Assembly (NCBI GenBank): GCA_964187785.1
Contig: OZ076409.1
Location: 46,812,001 to 46,876,000 of the forward strand
DNA: 64,000 nt
DNA from: Amphiscolops sp. MND2022
Lineage: Eukaryota
Direction: 5' to 3'
Shown: positions 39,359 to 53,200 of the stretch, one piece after another
Layout: every line of letters starts with the position of its first letter
Position numbering within the stretch: position 1 is the stretch's first letter
The notes under the pieces: model-generated
What the model was told of the DNA's origin: nothing
Seen by the model: the letters and a program-made list of their open reading frames with translations, nothing else
The model's database searches: none
Position numbers and translations under genes: made by a program

Positions 39359-42300
39359 TGTTAACTCAATATGAGAAATTGAAATGACAATGAAGAACGG
39401 TACTGAAATCAAGTTGTACTTATGTCGGCAAATCTAGCAAATGACTTTTGATGAGTGTTCTCACTTCTGATTTCTGATTGCAATTTAATTAACTTATTTA
39501 CAACATGTCTAGTTTTATCACAAACCCCAATTAATGGAATGGGTCACTTCATTCGTTTCTAATAATACTCTTTAAACAGTTACCACCGAGAATAGCATGT
39601 AACGGTAAAAATAACTTGAAGAAGCAACCGTAGGCAAAGTTTAAATTGACTAATTGTCCGTTTCACTGTTACCTTGCATCACATCGATGCCAAATCTTTT
39701 CGTCGGAACTCGTTTCGGACCATGTCATCCCCCAAACTGCGGCGGGGGAGAAATAAGTCAGAAGATTCAAATACCATTATGTCGACATCGTTTGCGTTGA
39801 AATCTTGTTCTAATAAAATAATTGATGTCGACATAATCCTATCCATTACATTGACTGTCAGAGTTAAAAGTTGCTCATTAGTTTTATAGCGGACAAACCT
39901 TGCGTTGAAATAGGGGCCTTTTATACAATTTTAGATTGTTCCAAATGTAAATTTCTGCTATTTTGGACAACAATATCAAAACATTATGGTATATTTTTAC
40001 CTGAAGTGTTCATAACAGTTGTAGAAACAATCCTCTAAGTATTTACATTCATATAATATTCTCTTTTTAGTGAAATATTTTTATTCAAGAACAAAATTTG
40101 TTTTCGTGTTGGGGGGGGATATTCCCAAGAAGGTGTACCTGGGGGGAATAGATGACATGGTCCCTCGTTTCCGTTCTATCACTCGCATGGCCTGTCTTCT
40201 CTCAATGTCCCACAGCGTTGACGCTCTAATCTGTAACGCTCGTTCCCCAGTGATTCGCTCACTCTCAATCAGCTGCTCGTTTTCCTTCATCGGATCGTTC
40301 CTTACTGCCATGTCATGTCTTCCATCCGTGCTGCTAGTTGCAATGTTGATTATCAGCGGGCGCACTTCCTCTCCATAATCAATTGCGATGTCTACTCACG
40401 TCTCATCTTCTTCTGCACCTTTCGTCTCTCTACAGATACCTCACTGCTGCTGGAGCTACTGGCACACAGATCTCTCTCTGCCCTCGTCTGTTTAGCTTTG
40501 CCGAGGCTTCAGGTAGAACGTTGATCGCGAGCGATAATTACTATTACGCGTCCAGTCTTCTTGTCAATTCCTCTGCAATTTCGACCCCGACTCTTTCGAC
40601 GACCCCGAATCTGACGGTCAAAACTGCAGGTTTGAGTCCTGTTTGGAGAAATCCACGTTTCCATCACGTTTCCATGTACGTTCACCGTAATAGATCCTCC
40701 GCCAACTGATTCTACACTATTTACCATCGATTCTGTCACTTACACTTAGTACGTACAACACTTCCGAGATGTCTTACTGGTCATTGGTTTGTAACGGCAA
40801 GCTCTGGTACAGCAATATCAACCGATTTTGCAACTTTGACATGTTCAGAAATTTTTTCAAAAATTCTAATCCGATGTGTGACGTGGCACTGAGCATGTGA
40901 TTGCTCTTTTCGCTGTTTCCACGAAATTGGCAGGTACTTCGACAACAAAGAGCAAGAACGAGCAAAAACACGGGCGCGCCGCCATGACAGAGGCCAGAGA
41001 CGGCAAGAACATCCGAAAATAGACTCTTTTTGAGGTGCTAACACCGGTTTTATCGATTTTCAGCATTATGCTACCCTATGTAGCGGAAAGCGTATTTCAC
41101 CCCTGGAGGCAAAATGGATCTGTGGCGATGGGCGCCTGTCCCGAGCGATTCACCCATTCCTGCAGGTTCCTCCACCTCTGTTAACGTGTTAAGCGACCGA
41201 TAACAGCTTGCCGTTACAGTTATTATTATTATTTGTCCATTCGCGCGAAGCCTTTCATTAATATGACCGTACTTTCTGAGTCGTTCCGCATTAAACAATG
41301 TATTGAATTAGGATTTCGATTACTTAGTTGGATAAAAAGTAATCAAAGAACAAAAATAGATATTTCAGTCTGATATATCTTTGAATTCCGCAAACTCTAA
41401 CGCTTAATCTTTCGTTTTTTTTAAAAAAAAATCCGGAATATTCCCTTCTATTTATCGTGAAACACGTTTGCAATTTTTACATGACTGAAGGTTTGCATAA
41501 CTGTGCCTGGTCAATAAGCAACTCTTGGAAACGGCCAACCAAACATCAGCACATCAGCACATCAGCAATGATCTCTAATGGGATCACGTCCGAAACAGCA
41601 GTAACAAAGGGAACACATTGTCATGTCCCTCGTAGACTAGCAGTCTGCCAATCGGTTATCCATGTAAAGGAAATCGCGAGTCTCCTATGAAAAGGGCTGA
41701 AACTTCTCTCTCCAGGAGAAAGGAAACCTGCTGACCGCCTTTGTAGTTTATCTAATATAGTTCTTTAGGATCGCAACGACTCGTTGAATTGTTGTAGCAG
41801 CGGCTCAATTGGCCGCCATTACCTCTTTATGTAAATTAATCGACCTACTTTGGCTCATCTTGTTGCGTGATCTATTGCTACAGAGATTCTTACTTGTTTC
41901 TCCCGAATTGCGTTCGTCCCGCGTTGTGATTGGTTGATTTTTTCGCTTCCATTACGCGACTGACACTTTTACTCTCACTCACGCTTCCCGCATGCTTGTT
42001 TCGCTTGCTTTTGGCTTCGTTGTCTTCGAAACAATCCTTAACACTGATTACTATTTACAGTACACCATCCAATCACAGGGTTTCCGTTTTCACAGTTACT
42101 ACCTGCAGCTCAGAACGGTGTCTAGAGTTGAAAACCTTGATGCGAAGCTGATTGGTCTCCGTTCACTGCCTTCTTGAATTTGCTGTGAAACTGCGCCTAC
42201 ACCCTATTTGCTGGCATCGCAATTTGTTCGAATATCTTCGTTCCTCTAGAAGCTAAAAATTTGATTACTGTTACAACAAGTTTTCATTTCGTATTTTTTT

Positions 42301-44390
42301 CCAGTCCCGTATCATTTTAGCATGCTGCTTCAAGAACGTTCCAAATGGGTAGCTTATCAAGGTCAATTTGGAATGAAGTTAGTAAAATGATTGACCGCAT
42401 TCAGGAAATGACACAGTTGCTTCCAGTTGTTTGGTCGCATTCTATCCATTAACCCATGTTGTGTTGCAGTAACCGGGAAAATGCCAGTATTGATTATTCT
42501 GTATCACAACCATCGAATGCGCTCTTGAGCAAATTTGCCTTTTTCCGTCTTCACTAGTAAACTGGTTTCATCCGATACTTCCATGTTTTGGTATTTTTAT
42601 TTGAACGTTCTTGCTCGGTTTCCTTGGTCACAATTAAAATGTCATTTTATTACACAATTACACTATTTGTAATCACCAGCTTAAGTTGAATCAATTTTTG
42701 AAAGAACGTAGGCAATACTGTAAAACCATTGTGAAACGATAAGTGTTCCCTACAGTTTGAAAAGTGCCATGTCAGTAAAAAATTCTGAATTAGGTATTTT
42801 GCCTTTGTTTTTAACTATCGACTTCATTTCTCGCTCGTGCATCTGACACCGTTACACAGATGTTCGTTTTACTGTTATAACTGATGATTGAATAAACACA
42901 TCATTCTGAAGTTTTCCTAAACTTTCAATTTGGCCTTCTTTTAATGACTTCTCAAGTTCTTTGTCAACTTGATTCTGCAATTGAACTGGTATTCTAAGTT
43001 ACATCATTCTAGTTTTTGCACTATCCACCACATTTATTTCGATTCAGAGTTTTTCACGCGCCTCTCTTTTGAACAAGATTAGAAATTCCCCGATTAAGTG
43101 CTGAACTTCCGGAATTAGCTTTTCTGCTAGAGGTACTTCACTCATTGGTTCGTCGCACACTAACTGCTTTGTACCGACTGAATAACTTATTATCGGAGAG
43201 TAATTAGCCAATCAAGGCCCACTGTCGATGTTGACAGTTTGCCCCAACTAATACGCTTGCTTTTGAGACCGTCACATCGGCTACTTCTAATCCCACAAAT
43301 TGGTAACTAGTAATCTTAACAGTCCTTTCTTGTAATTCACATAGCGTTTTTCATCTCTCATTCCCTTGACCACTACCTTTCCCTACCTATCTAAAATTCC
43401 CACTCAGTCTTGTTTACCAATCGCTTTATGTTTGGTTTTCAGTCGTTGAACCATTTCTTTATGCTGTTGTTGGGACTTGTTGCGGCACTTCTCCATGTGA
43501 CCCACTATTTTACAAAAATCACAACGGTAAAAAGCAGCCTAGTATTTTTTTACATGATCCATGGTGATACAGACATTCGGCATTTGGAGAATTCCCGGGG
43601 TTAGTTCTTGTTTGCTTTTCACTGTGCTTGTGTCTCGTAATCTTTTGTCTTCGAGTGCAAAAGCATATACTAAGGTTTGTTCTGGCTTTCGTGGTTCTGT
43701 GTACAATTTCTCTTGCACTTCATAATGTTCATGTGCAAAATGAACAAATCCGGTACAGACATTGTGACTAATTTCGCCAGAGTCACAATGTGCTGTTAGT
43801 CCTTTCAAGGAACCTCAACCTTTGTACAGTGATTCTCCGGTTATTTGTAACCTCAAAAAAATCGGTGGCAGTCGAGGGTTTGATTTGTTACGGAAGCATT
43901 TCTTACACATCTTTATCACTTCATGCGCTTTTGGGTCCCTTAGAATCATGTGCGGATATTTGTCCTTGAAAACAGGATCTGCAAACAAGTTACCAAATGT
44001 GGACGCGTCCCGTGGATTCTGATGACTGACGTCTTTAGCTAACTCCGTATCAGAGATCGAATATTTCGCCATCATGACTATATCGTGGAACAATCCAGCC
44101 ATTTTCCCCAGTCCATTGTGGGCTTGGTATTTGCGTCATGCCAGAACACCGGCAGTGTCTTGATGCGATAAAGAAGTTTACCGAATTGTCGCAGGTTCAC
44201 TTTCGTTTCGCAGTGGCATGTTATCTACTAATTAAATATGAGAAGTTGCAAAGACAATGGGGATGGAGTTTGAATTGAAGTTGTACGTTTGTCGGCAAAC
44301 CTAGCAATTTATTATCGATGAATATCTTAAACTTTGATTTTAAATGGTCTTCACTTTACTTTTTTTCAAACATGACAAGCGCTTTTGCCG
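39359..44390 (-). mobile_element. Very old Ty3/Gypsy LTR retrotransposon
   Basis: Diverged ~165-bp LTRs at 39359-~39522 and 44219-~44390 share the core aagttgtac.t.tgtcggcaaa.ctagcaa. GATAC flanks both ends (39354-39358 and 44390-44394). PBS-like TGCCACTGCGAA. RT remnant RIPVQLQNQVDKELEKSLKEGQIE...DVFIQSSVITVK (~42865-42995), PTFFQ...DILIVTK, and integrase-like remnants at 40.7-41.6 kb. Confidence 0.75.
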
Positions 44391-46880
44391 ATACCAATTT
44401 GACTACAAGGTCCGATTACCTCTTCGTTTTTGATGAAACTAGATTGAAAATTGTTTTTGTTTTTAAAATGTATTTATTGTTTGTTATGACAATAAGTGGT
44501 TGAAAAGCTGCTTAAGTTTTTTTTTCGTCCGCAATTGGTGTTTTTTTCAACCTTATTTATTTTTGATCTTTCAAATAATTATTCCAATTGAATATTTTTT
44601 CCTTTTCTTTGCGGCTAATGAGCGCTTTTGATTTTTGATACTGTGTGACTTTTTTCCCAAGCACTTACGTCGATTTGCTTGGCCACTCTATTGTTTTGAG
44701 GTTTTGAGGTATGAAAAACTTTTTTAAGGTTCTCTATAGTTTTGCTCAGAGGACTCTTTCGGCAATTAAAAAAAATTTGCATTCTTTCAGCCTTCGGCGA
44801 GGCGCCAATTTCGGCGTTTCCCATTTGTTCTTTATTTTACATAAAAAACTTGATTGTCAAAGAGTTAGAATAGATATATATCTTGGCCTTTCACTTCTGG
44901 GGATCAGAAAAAATCTTGAGTCGCTTTTGTGCGCCCAGTGACGGCCCTGCATTGAGTTTGTGACCATTGGAGGAAATTTGGACAAAACTTTCCTGCTTAT
45001 ATAAGCTATTACATGAATTTGAACTGTTTTCATTTTGGTCCAGCAAAACAAATTCCTATGCACAGTGCTAAAAGTCACCTAAAGGTCTCAAAATAGCCAA
45101 AAATGCCTTATATTTTTCAGCTTTTGACTATTTTGCGAATCTTTTAAGGTTCTTCAAGGTTTTTATGCGAATGTTTAAATATCGGCAGGTTCCAACAACG
45201 AAACTGTAACCATGAACGTGTATGGCTAGTCTTAAAGGATTGCGGACTGTATTCTTTACTCCTGACAACGCTCAGTCTTTTCTGATTGAAAGGTAACTCT
45301 GGACCGTTTCGTGCGTTTCTGTACGTTCGTTGGACGTTTCGGTGGATGTCAATATCCAGGGCGTCCAACCACTAACCAAAAAGCTACTTAGCATAATCTT
45401 TCATTCAATATAAATGAAGTTTTTTTCAAAAAGTTCTGAATTTTTTCGCAAATTCTATAGTTTATTGATTAGGAATAGCTCGTCTGTTGAATTGTTCTGA
45501 AATTTATATACGGCGCTAAGCGGGCCTCCCGTTAACTTCAATTAACCGCTTTATATCCGAGTAACAGTTTAAGCAGCTAATCAAGGAAGTATCTTATCAG
45601 CTTCAATTGTGAACGATTCATCACCAAAATTTGTTTGAAAATCCAATTCATAACTTTTCAAAATATTTTTTCAGAACTCTGCAGTGCTTGATAGTTCAGT
45701 AAAAAAATCAGAACCTCGATTTTCGCTCTATACAAAAATTTAAAATGTTGCGATTCGCTCCAGGCGAGTCACTGGATAGTCATACATTTGCCTGTTTAGA
45801 GGTTGACCAAAAACTAGACAAATAAATAATTTGTTTAAGGTTACAGGCTCACCGTGTATTGGACAAAAAAGTTACATCCAAAATCCGCCTTGTTTTGATG
45901 AAAGTTTTGCTATTGTACGCAAGCAAAATCTCAAAAAGATCTGATGAAAGTTCATGCAAAGAGGTCAGAGTCCTTAAGGAAGACCCCATCTGCAATGTAA
46001 CTATTCTATGTTGCCGTTTTTGTTGTTTTTCAAATGATTTCTAAGAAAATTTTTCTCTCGGCAAATGAGCAGAAACGCTCTCAATGTTTTTCCAAGTAGT
46101 CTGTGCCCTTCACGGGCTAAAATGACAAAAGCGGATTCAGATGACAAATTTGCCTCCTGTCGTTTTAGCCTCTCGTGAGAATATGTAACAAGAAACATTA
46201 TAAGGGGGTTGGACGTGTCTAGCGGTGCAAACTACGAAAACGCATTTAATTAGATATTGAGAAACGAAAATTGGTTAAGTAGAATAAATTGATTTTTTTA
46301 ATTGAACTTCTGTTCTTTTTGGCTGTTTTTGGGCGCCAATTATTACTGGAGGTTCTCAGAAAAGTGAACAGCGCTTGACGAAAATCAACGCGGAACCAGA
46401 AGGATTAAAACTTCAGATAGCTTAATGAGATCCTCGCAGACCAACATATCCTCCATTTTGATGACGTACTTACAAAGGACACTTTTTACTTGACAATAAA
46501 GTGATCTGAAAACATTTTCATGCTCAGATCTAATTAACAGATGATGAAAAACTTGACAAAAATTGAAAACTTCAATAGAAGTGTATTTTCCATGAAAAAA
46601 TCCCTGTTTTTTGCCATTTAATCGATCAAACTCAGCTTGTTTTCATCATCGTCAGGATATCAAATTACATGAAGCATTTGTCTAGACTGAAGATCAAAAA
46701 TACAGGAAACAATTGCCCGTTTTGAAGTTTGTAAAGAAAATTTTATCCTCTTCACGGGTAAAAGTTATAATCACGGTTCATTTTAATAATTTCATTCAAT
46801 TACGTGCGTAACTAACTCCATCAAAAATTGGAGCGTTGTTTCAACTTCACATGCTCAAATTTCAAACACCGCTTATTGTT

Positions 46881-47309
46881 CTACGTCATTACCAAAGCCA
46901 TTAGGGTGTTGTTACGAATACTACACGGGTCGTTGTTTTGAGTAGAGTTGATCCTAACTGATTTTGTCGGAGTGTAGAAACTCCTAGTTTCATTTTCCGT
47001 TTCCTCTTCGGTGTTCCCTCTTATAGTTTCTCTTGTTTCAGGTTTTAGCAACTTTAGCATCTCTTTCTGAGATTCAACGAGAAGATTCTTGATTTCAGAG
47101 GTGATTTCTTCTTTCAATGAAACTCTCAAACTCTCCAAGAAGCTACCCTCAATCCTAAGGGATTTTGGTCTCGAAGGTCCCGCAACGTTTGCGTCCTGAT
47201 CTAAGGGACAAGAATTTTCTACTACAAATGGTGAAACAAAACCTTCACTAGCACTTTCGGTGTTCTCCTGTTGTTTGTTCCTTCTCTTTTGACTTCTTGT
47301 AGTCGACAT
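46881..47309 (-). CDS. 142-aa ORF resembling a retroelement Gag/ORF1 N-terminus
   Basis: ATG start, basic MSTTRSQKRR start and predicted coiled coil LRVSLKEEITSEIKNLLVESQKEMLKLL. The last ~9 codons lie outside the LTR-like end. Confidence 0.5.
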   Translation of the reverse strand: MSTTRSQKRRNKQQENTESASEGFVSPFVVENSCPLDQDANVAGPSRPKSLRIEGSFLESLRVSLKEEITSEIKNLLVESQKEMLKLLKPETRETIRGNTEEETENETRSFYTPTKSVRINSTQNNDPCSIRNNTLMALVMT

Positions 47310-47452
47310 TTTGGATGAAGAAGGTTTCTGTTGAGAAATTCAGTTTACTTTTGCGTTGTATTTTCAACAAAGTTGAAGAAATAGGTCGAGACAAAAGAAA
47401 TACAGCGCAACTGATTTTTACAAGTGCAAAAGGACTGAGTCCGTTCGTTACC
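46910..47452 (-). mobile_element. Solo or truncated LTR-like segment carrying an ORF
   Basis: On the minus strand it ends ...TTCGTAACA at 46910. An imperfect inverted end TTCGTTAC lies at ~47444-47451. No TSD found. Confidence 0.45.
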
Positions 47453-47480
47453 AAAAACCATCATATATATATATATATAC

Positions 47481-47834
47481 CCTTCTAGCATCATTTGATC
47501 ACGAAGAAATCCCTAATTTCCTTCGAACATATAGTCATTTCCTGTTTTTCCGGTGAAAAAATCATTACGATTCCAAATTTGCGTCGACATTTCGTCAAAT
47601 TTTAGGACACGGCAACAATTTTTGATATTAGTCATTATCATGAGTATATTATTGCTGAGTAGAATTATCATGAGTACAATTATATATATTCCAAGCAGGA
47701 AGTAGATATTACTTCATTCTATCAAACCGGGAATGCTTTGGTTCGCGGGAAATTGACGCTGATATGATGCTGACGTGAACAACTAATGTGATGACTACCT
47801 TCCAAACTATCATTATTTGAGCGATGCTAGAAAG
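47481..47834. mobile_element. MITE candidate (~350 bp) next to a (TA)n tract
   Basis: Short inverted ends ttctagcatc / gatgctagaa. Confidence 0.35.
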
Positions 47835-48581
47835 ACATTTTGACGGATTGGAAATGATGAAAACTTAATTAGAGGCAAGGTTTAACATTTATGAACACTG
47901 GTACATAGATTAACAACACAACACAATTCTGGTCTGACGAGACAATTGCAACAAATTTATAAGTTCAAGTGAGCACGTCGAAACAATTAGTAATTGTATA
48001 GCAATAACTTTATTGCGGGTTTAGAAACAATAAATTCAACAAAAAACTAGCGTAAAGATGAGATCATAAATACAATCATTAGATGTGAGCTTATCAACCT
48101 GAGTATAAAGACACAATCGTTCAAAAACTACATTTGTACAAAATACTCTCAACACGTTTCAGTCATGGATATAAACTGTGACCTTTGTTTTTATGTTCAC
48201 TACAATTCCATTTGGATTAGACTTTGATACGATTTCAAGTTATATGCAAATTGATTGATGAAAAGTTAGCGCATGTTTCAAATACTATTTTCGTACTTTT
48301 AGTTAGGTTAACCAAGCCTTAAACATACTCTCTAAACCAGATTCACCCGCGCAATACTTGTTTCGACAATCTAGAAAGGTTAAAATAGCTATTTCAGTGG
48401 ATTTACGGCGTAGTATTAGCGTATTTTCCTAACTAATTAAGCAGATTTTTTTAATTTACCTCATTTCATAAACGTGTCAACGTCGTGTTGACGAGTTTTC
48501 TTGGCAGAACTGAGATTCTGACTAGTTTGACGCAATGCTGACGAGTATTTTAGAGATGAGTTCCTAGCTAGCTGCCAGCAC

Positions 48582-48690
48582 TGTGACGTCACATTGGCGG
48601 TAAATTGGAATGATTTCTAATAAGGCCATTGATACAGGCGGATAATCGGAATGATTTTCTTGAATGCATAGACGAGGCAGTGACGTCACT
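48582..48690. promoter_or_regulatory. Two full CRE/ATF-type palindromes plus ATTGG (CCAAT) boxes
   Basis: TGTGACGTCACA at 48582-48593, AGTGACGTCACT at 48679-48690, and ATTGG at 48593 and 48604. Confidence 0.4.
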
Positions 48691-50089
48691 TGGTATACCT
48701 TCAAAACTTGTCTGCGTCTTACTGACGACAAATATACATGTATTCTTATTTCCACCGCCGCCTTGGTTACTTAGCGCAGTATTGTCGTCCTAAATCACAC
48801 TAATTGCTGATCAAAGTGCAATTAAGCTGCCTTTCTTAGAAAATGTGTTTAATTTCCTCGGCGTGCCATCGCAATGTGTTTTCTGTTTTAGATCTGATTG
48901 ATGTTCTTTCTTGGAGATGATTTTGGATTAGTTTATGATTTCCTTATTCAAAGACAAGTTTTAATTTAGTTTTCAGGTGGCGAATGTTTCTATTTTGGCG
49001 TGACTAAAACGTCTTACCGGAAATGCGTGGAAATCATTTTAGTTCATTTTACTCTCTATTTTCATTCTCGTTGTAGATTTGCGCATAGCGAACTTATATT
49101 TTACATTCTCAGTCACAGTTTATTTTACAATTAAGCTTAAAGTTTAAGTTAGTAGCCAAAGTACCTTTTCATAAGTTTTGCCGTGCAACCATGTCCACGT
49201 CCATATCCAACTCTCCTGCATCTGCACTCCAGTCCGGGAGACAGGTGTATTTTTCACAACAGTGTTTCAAATACTACAATGTATTGCAACAAAAGACTGC
49301 AATCAATGACAGGTTAAATTATCTTGCGAGTGTTTGATACTTGATAAATACTCGTTTTTTTTAAAAAAACTGAATGACTCAACATCAGTCCCGACCATGC
49401 CTTTTTGCTTAAAACTGTCTGAAAACAGTTCTAGGTTTTGATTATGTGTTCACAGTTGCTTCATATGATGCTTCATGTTTATCTCCGATACTGGTTTTTT
49501 GAGAATAAGTCTCTGTATCAATCATGGCACTCTGGTCAATTTTTTTGTAATCATAGCCGTTTTGATAAAATCCCACCATTTCCATATGTATACCATGGCA
49601 AGATCTCACCATGATATCCATGAGGAATCAAGCATGGAATATTATGCTCTGTAAAAACTCAGACGTACAAGATGAAATTGCATTTGCAGAACAATTATGT
49701 AGAACAGTTTGGAGAAGATAACAGATAAACATCATGTAATCTTGGATACTAAGAAGAATATGGAAAATATTCCCTAACCCGCTAAAAACAGATTTCAGAT
49801 CACCCTCAAGCATTCCAATGGCATACTGACGGGCATGGGACAAATTCACGGCGTATAACATGGTGACATTTGAGTGGAAAACTGGATTCGCAGAAACACA
49901 TTTGCCTATTAAATATTTTATAAGCCAATTGGATAATTTTCAGTGAAATTCGGGACTAAGTAAACATACAATTTCAACGCTATTATGATTTTGATAGTCG
50001 CCTTTTTCGTAGACAAACAAATTTAAGATGAGTATATTCTGGAAATATCAAACCAGCCTTTTTTTACATTTATTATTTGACAAGGAAGT

Positions 50090-50275
50090 TGTGACATGAT
50101 GTTAATCATGCGCTTACTGCCACTTAAATTACAATTAGCTAATGACAATATAATACCTGCCAATAGCTATGAACTAAACATTTAGAAGCTGACCTATTCA
50201 CTTGAACCTTATTATCCTATAGTACAGAATAGAACATTCAGCTTAACATTCTTTTATTGAGATATTATCGCGACA
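50090..50275 (+). repeat. 5' LTR (186 bp) of the Gypsy
   Basis: TGTGACATG...TCGCGACA. Confidence 0.95.
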
Positions 50276-50291
50276 TGGCGCAGTGAACAAG

Positions 50292-53200
50292 ATGGAGACT
50301 CAGAAATCATCAGAAAATACAGCAGGGAATATCAAGCAGGGAAACTCCCGAAAGCGCAAATGCCAAAACAGAAAAAACCCACCAAAAATTACATTACCAA
50401 TGTTCGAGAAACGAGGAATACAAGATGCAAAGCTATGGTGGAGAAGATTTACCCAGTACAAAAAAATGACACAAAACATCGACCTCAATGAAATGACAAC
50501 GGACCGTGAAATATTGCCGAACTACAGAGACGATCTGGAACACCGGATCAAAGATTTATTTATATGGGCACTGGGCGAGTCAGCGATAACGGAAAAGACA
50601 AGAACCGTTAGAGATAATGATCCAAATTGAATGGACATTAATCAACTTTATTCACTGTTCCGGTTACACTTTATACCGGAACGAAATAAATTCCACAGCA
50701 GAGCAGATTTCTTTCGAATAACCAGAGAAAAACATGAAACAGCAAAAGACGTGTGGACTAGAATATTACAAGTAGAAAAGAATTGCGAGTTCTAGAACGT
50801 GCCATCAGCCGAGCTAATAGGCTCAAAATTTCACTCCGTGATTGGCCGATCAACCGGCGACTACGAATTGAAGAAGAACAATCGAAAGAGTGATATGACT
50901 ATAGAAACAACATAAATACATGAACGCATGTATGACCGGGAAAACGAATTGATCAATTCAAATGACGGAAAAGAAATCAAACACGTACAAGAACGGCCAT
51001 ACAAGAGAAAGTGGACAGAAAAAACCGACCAAGATAAATTGAAAAGACGACCGGAAAATCAAAGATACAAACAACGAGATAACCGATGTGGACAATGCGG
51101 CGCACCAAACTGGACAAGAAAACATATATGCCGGCAAAAATGGCAGAATGCAGAAACTGTAAAAGAAAAGGATACTATGAGAAAATGTGCAGATCCGCGA
51201 AAAGAGTTCAATACATTGAAAAAACAACTTCATCAGCAGAAGAAGACAACTGGGATTACCACAAAATCCAAAGTATAAACGATAACAAACAAAAGAAAGT
51301 TCTTTAATGCAACACTATTGGTCAACAATGTACCGATAAAATTCATTATAGACAGCGGCTCGCCAGTCACACTAATCCCGTTGTGTTTATTCAACGATAT
51401 AACTACAATTAAACCGCTCAAGAACACTTATAAAGATGTAAACAATAAAAAGATTGAAATTACTGGACAAACGAACGTACTGGTGAAAGCTAATGAAGAG
51501 ACAATTGAACTACCACTGCTTATCAGGAAAGCAAAAACATCACCAATAATGGGACTGGATTGAATGCAACGGCTACAAATCCATTTGAGTTCAAACAACG
51601 AAGCAATTCAAATCCACAATATAAAACTGGACAACATAGACAAGAGAATAAAAGAACTCCAGAACGACTTGAAAGACCTATTCTACAACTACAAAGAGAT
51701 AAAAAACCTTCCGGTTAAAGTAAATTCAAAAGAAAGGGCACAAAGTATACAACAAAAAGGAAGACCAATTCCAATACACCTACAAGATCAAGTGGCATTG
51801 GAACTAAAACGGCTGATCAAACATGGACATCTAGAAAGAGCAACGGAAAATACTGAAGATTGCTTTGTGAGCCCTGCAGAAATTACAGTAAAAAAGATAA
51901 ATCAACAAAAATTGCCCTTGATTCCAGAAAAATGAACGAAGTTACAATACAAAGAAAAGCCCAGATGCCAAACATGCAAGAGCTAATCTCACGAATATCA
52001 AGACAAATATCCGAAGAACAAGAAGCCGAAAATTCAGCAACAAACTTAGACTTCGATTACGCGTATGGGCAGATCAAACTGGACGAAAATACAAAAACAA
52101 ATTGTGTAGGAGGAGACCTCACTGGATATTAACGTTTCCTGAAAGGATTCTTTGAACTGGCAGATATACCAACAAATTTCCAAGAACGGATAGACACGAC
52201 ACTCGAACACAAACACCCGGCATGGTTAGATGATATCATTATAGTCACCAAACGAAGTATCGAAAAACACGAAATGAAAGTACGGGAGACAATGAATAAA
52301 TTGGAACAAGCTGGATATCGACTAAAATCAAAAAAGTGCGAACTTTTCAAGAAAGAAATTGAATGAGTTGGACACAAAATCGACAAAAAAGGAATACGAC
52401 CACTACAAGACAAATTAGAAGCAATCACAAAAATCAACAAACCGAAAAATGGAAAAGAATTAAAATCACCCTTGGGAGCAACACAACACTTTTCAAAGTA
52501 TATCGAAAAATTGTCAGCAAATACAGGCATACTGAGAGAATTATTGAAGAAACAAAACGAATGGATTTGGACAAATGAACATATGGAAACATTCAACAAA
52601 CTAAGGAAGGCATAATCAAAACACCTTGCTTAGCACACTACAACGCTTAAAACGAAATTATAACAACCACAGATGCCAATACCAAAGGGGTGGGGGCAAC
52701 GCTATGGCAAAAACAAAAAGATGGAAATTCAAAACCAGTCGATTTTGCAAGCAGATATTTATCGGATACAGAGAAGAAGTACGCGATAAAAGAAATAGAG
52801 CTACTGGTTGTGGTGTGGGGATTGGAACATTTCCGATTATACATATACGGAAAGCCAATTGAATTATTACCAGATCATCAAGCGCTAGAACCATTGATAA
52901 AAAAAGAAAAAAAACATATAGCGCAAGGCTGACAAGATGGCTGGATCGACTACCTCATTTCGAAATAAATATAAAACACCGTGCCGGAAAACATCTAGCA
53001 CTTACGGATTATCTGAGCTGAAATCCAATATCAAAGCCAGATTCAATTGAAAAGTACGAAGAAGAGTACGTAATAAATCGCATAATACCACTACTTGAGT
53101 TCATCAACATTTACGGCAGCGTCACCAGTCAAAAGAAAAAAGAAGCGCGAATGGAACAATTTGAGCAGCGTGAACAGAATACGAACCAATCAGAGACGCG

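Noticed and set aside
40070..44102. Polinton/viral or host gene cluster suggested by many short ORFs
   Set aside because: Explained by a decayed minus-strand Gypsy with LTRs and RT remnants.
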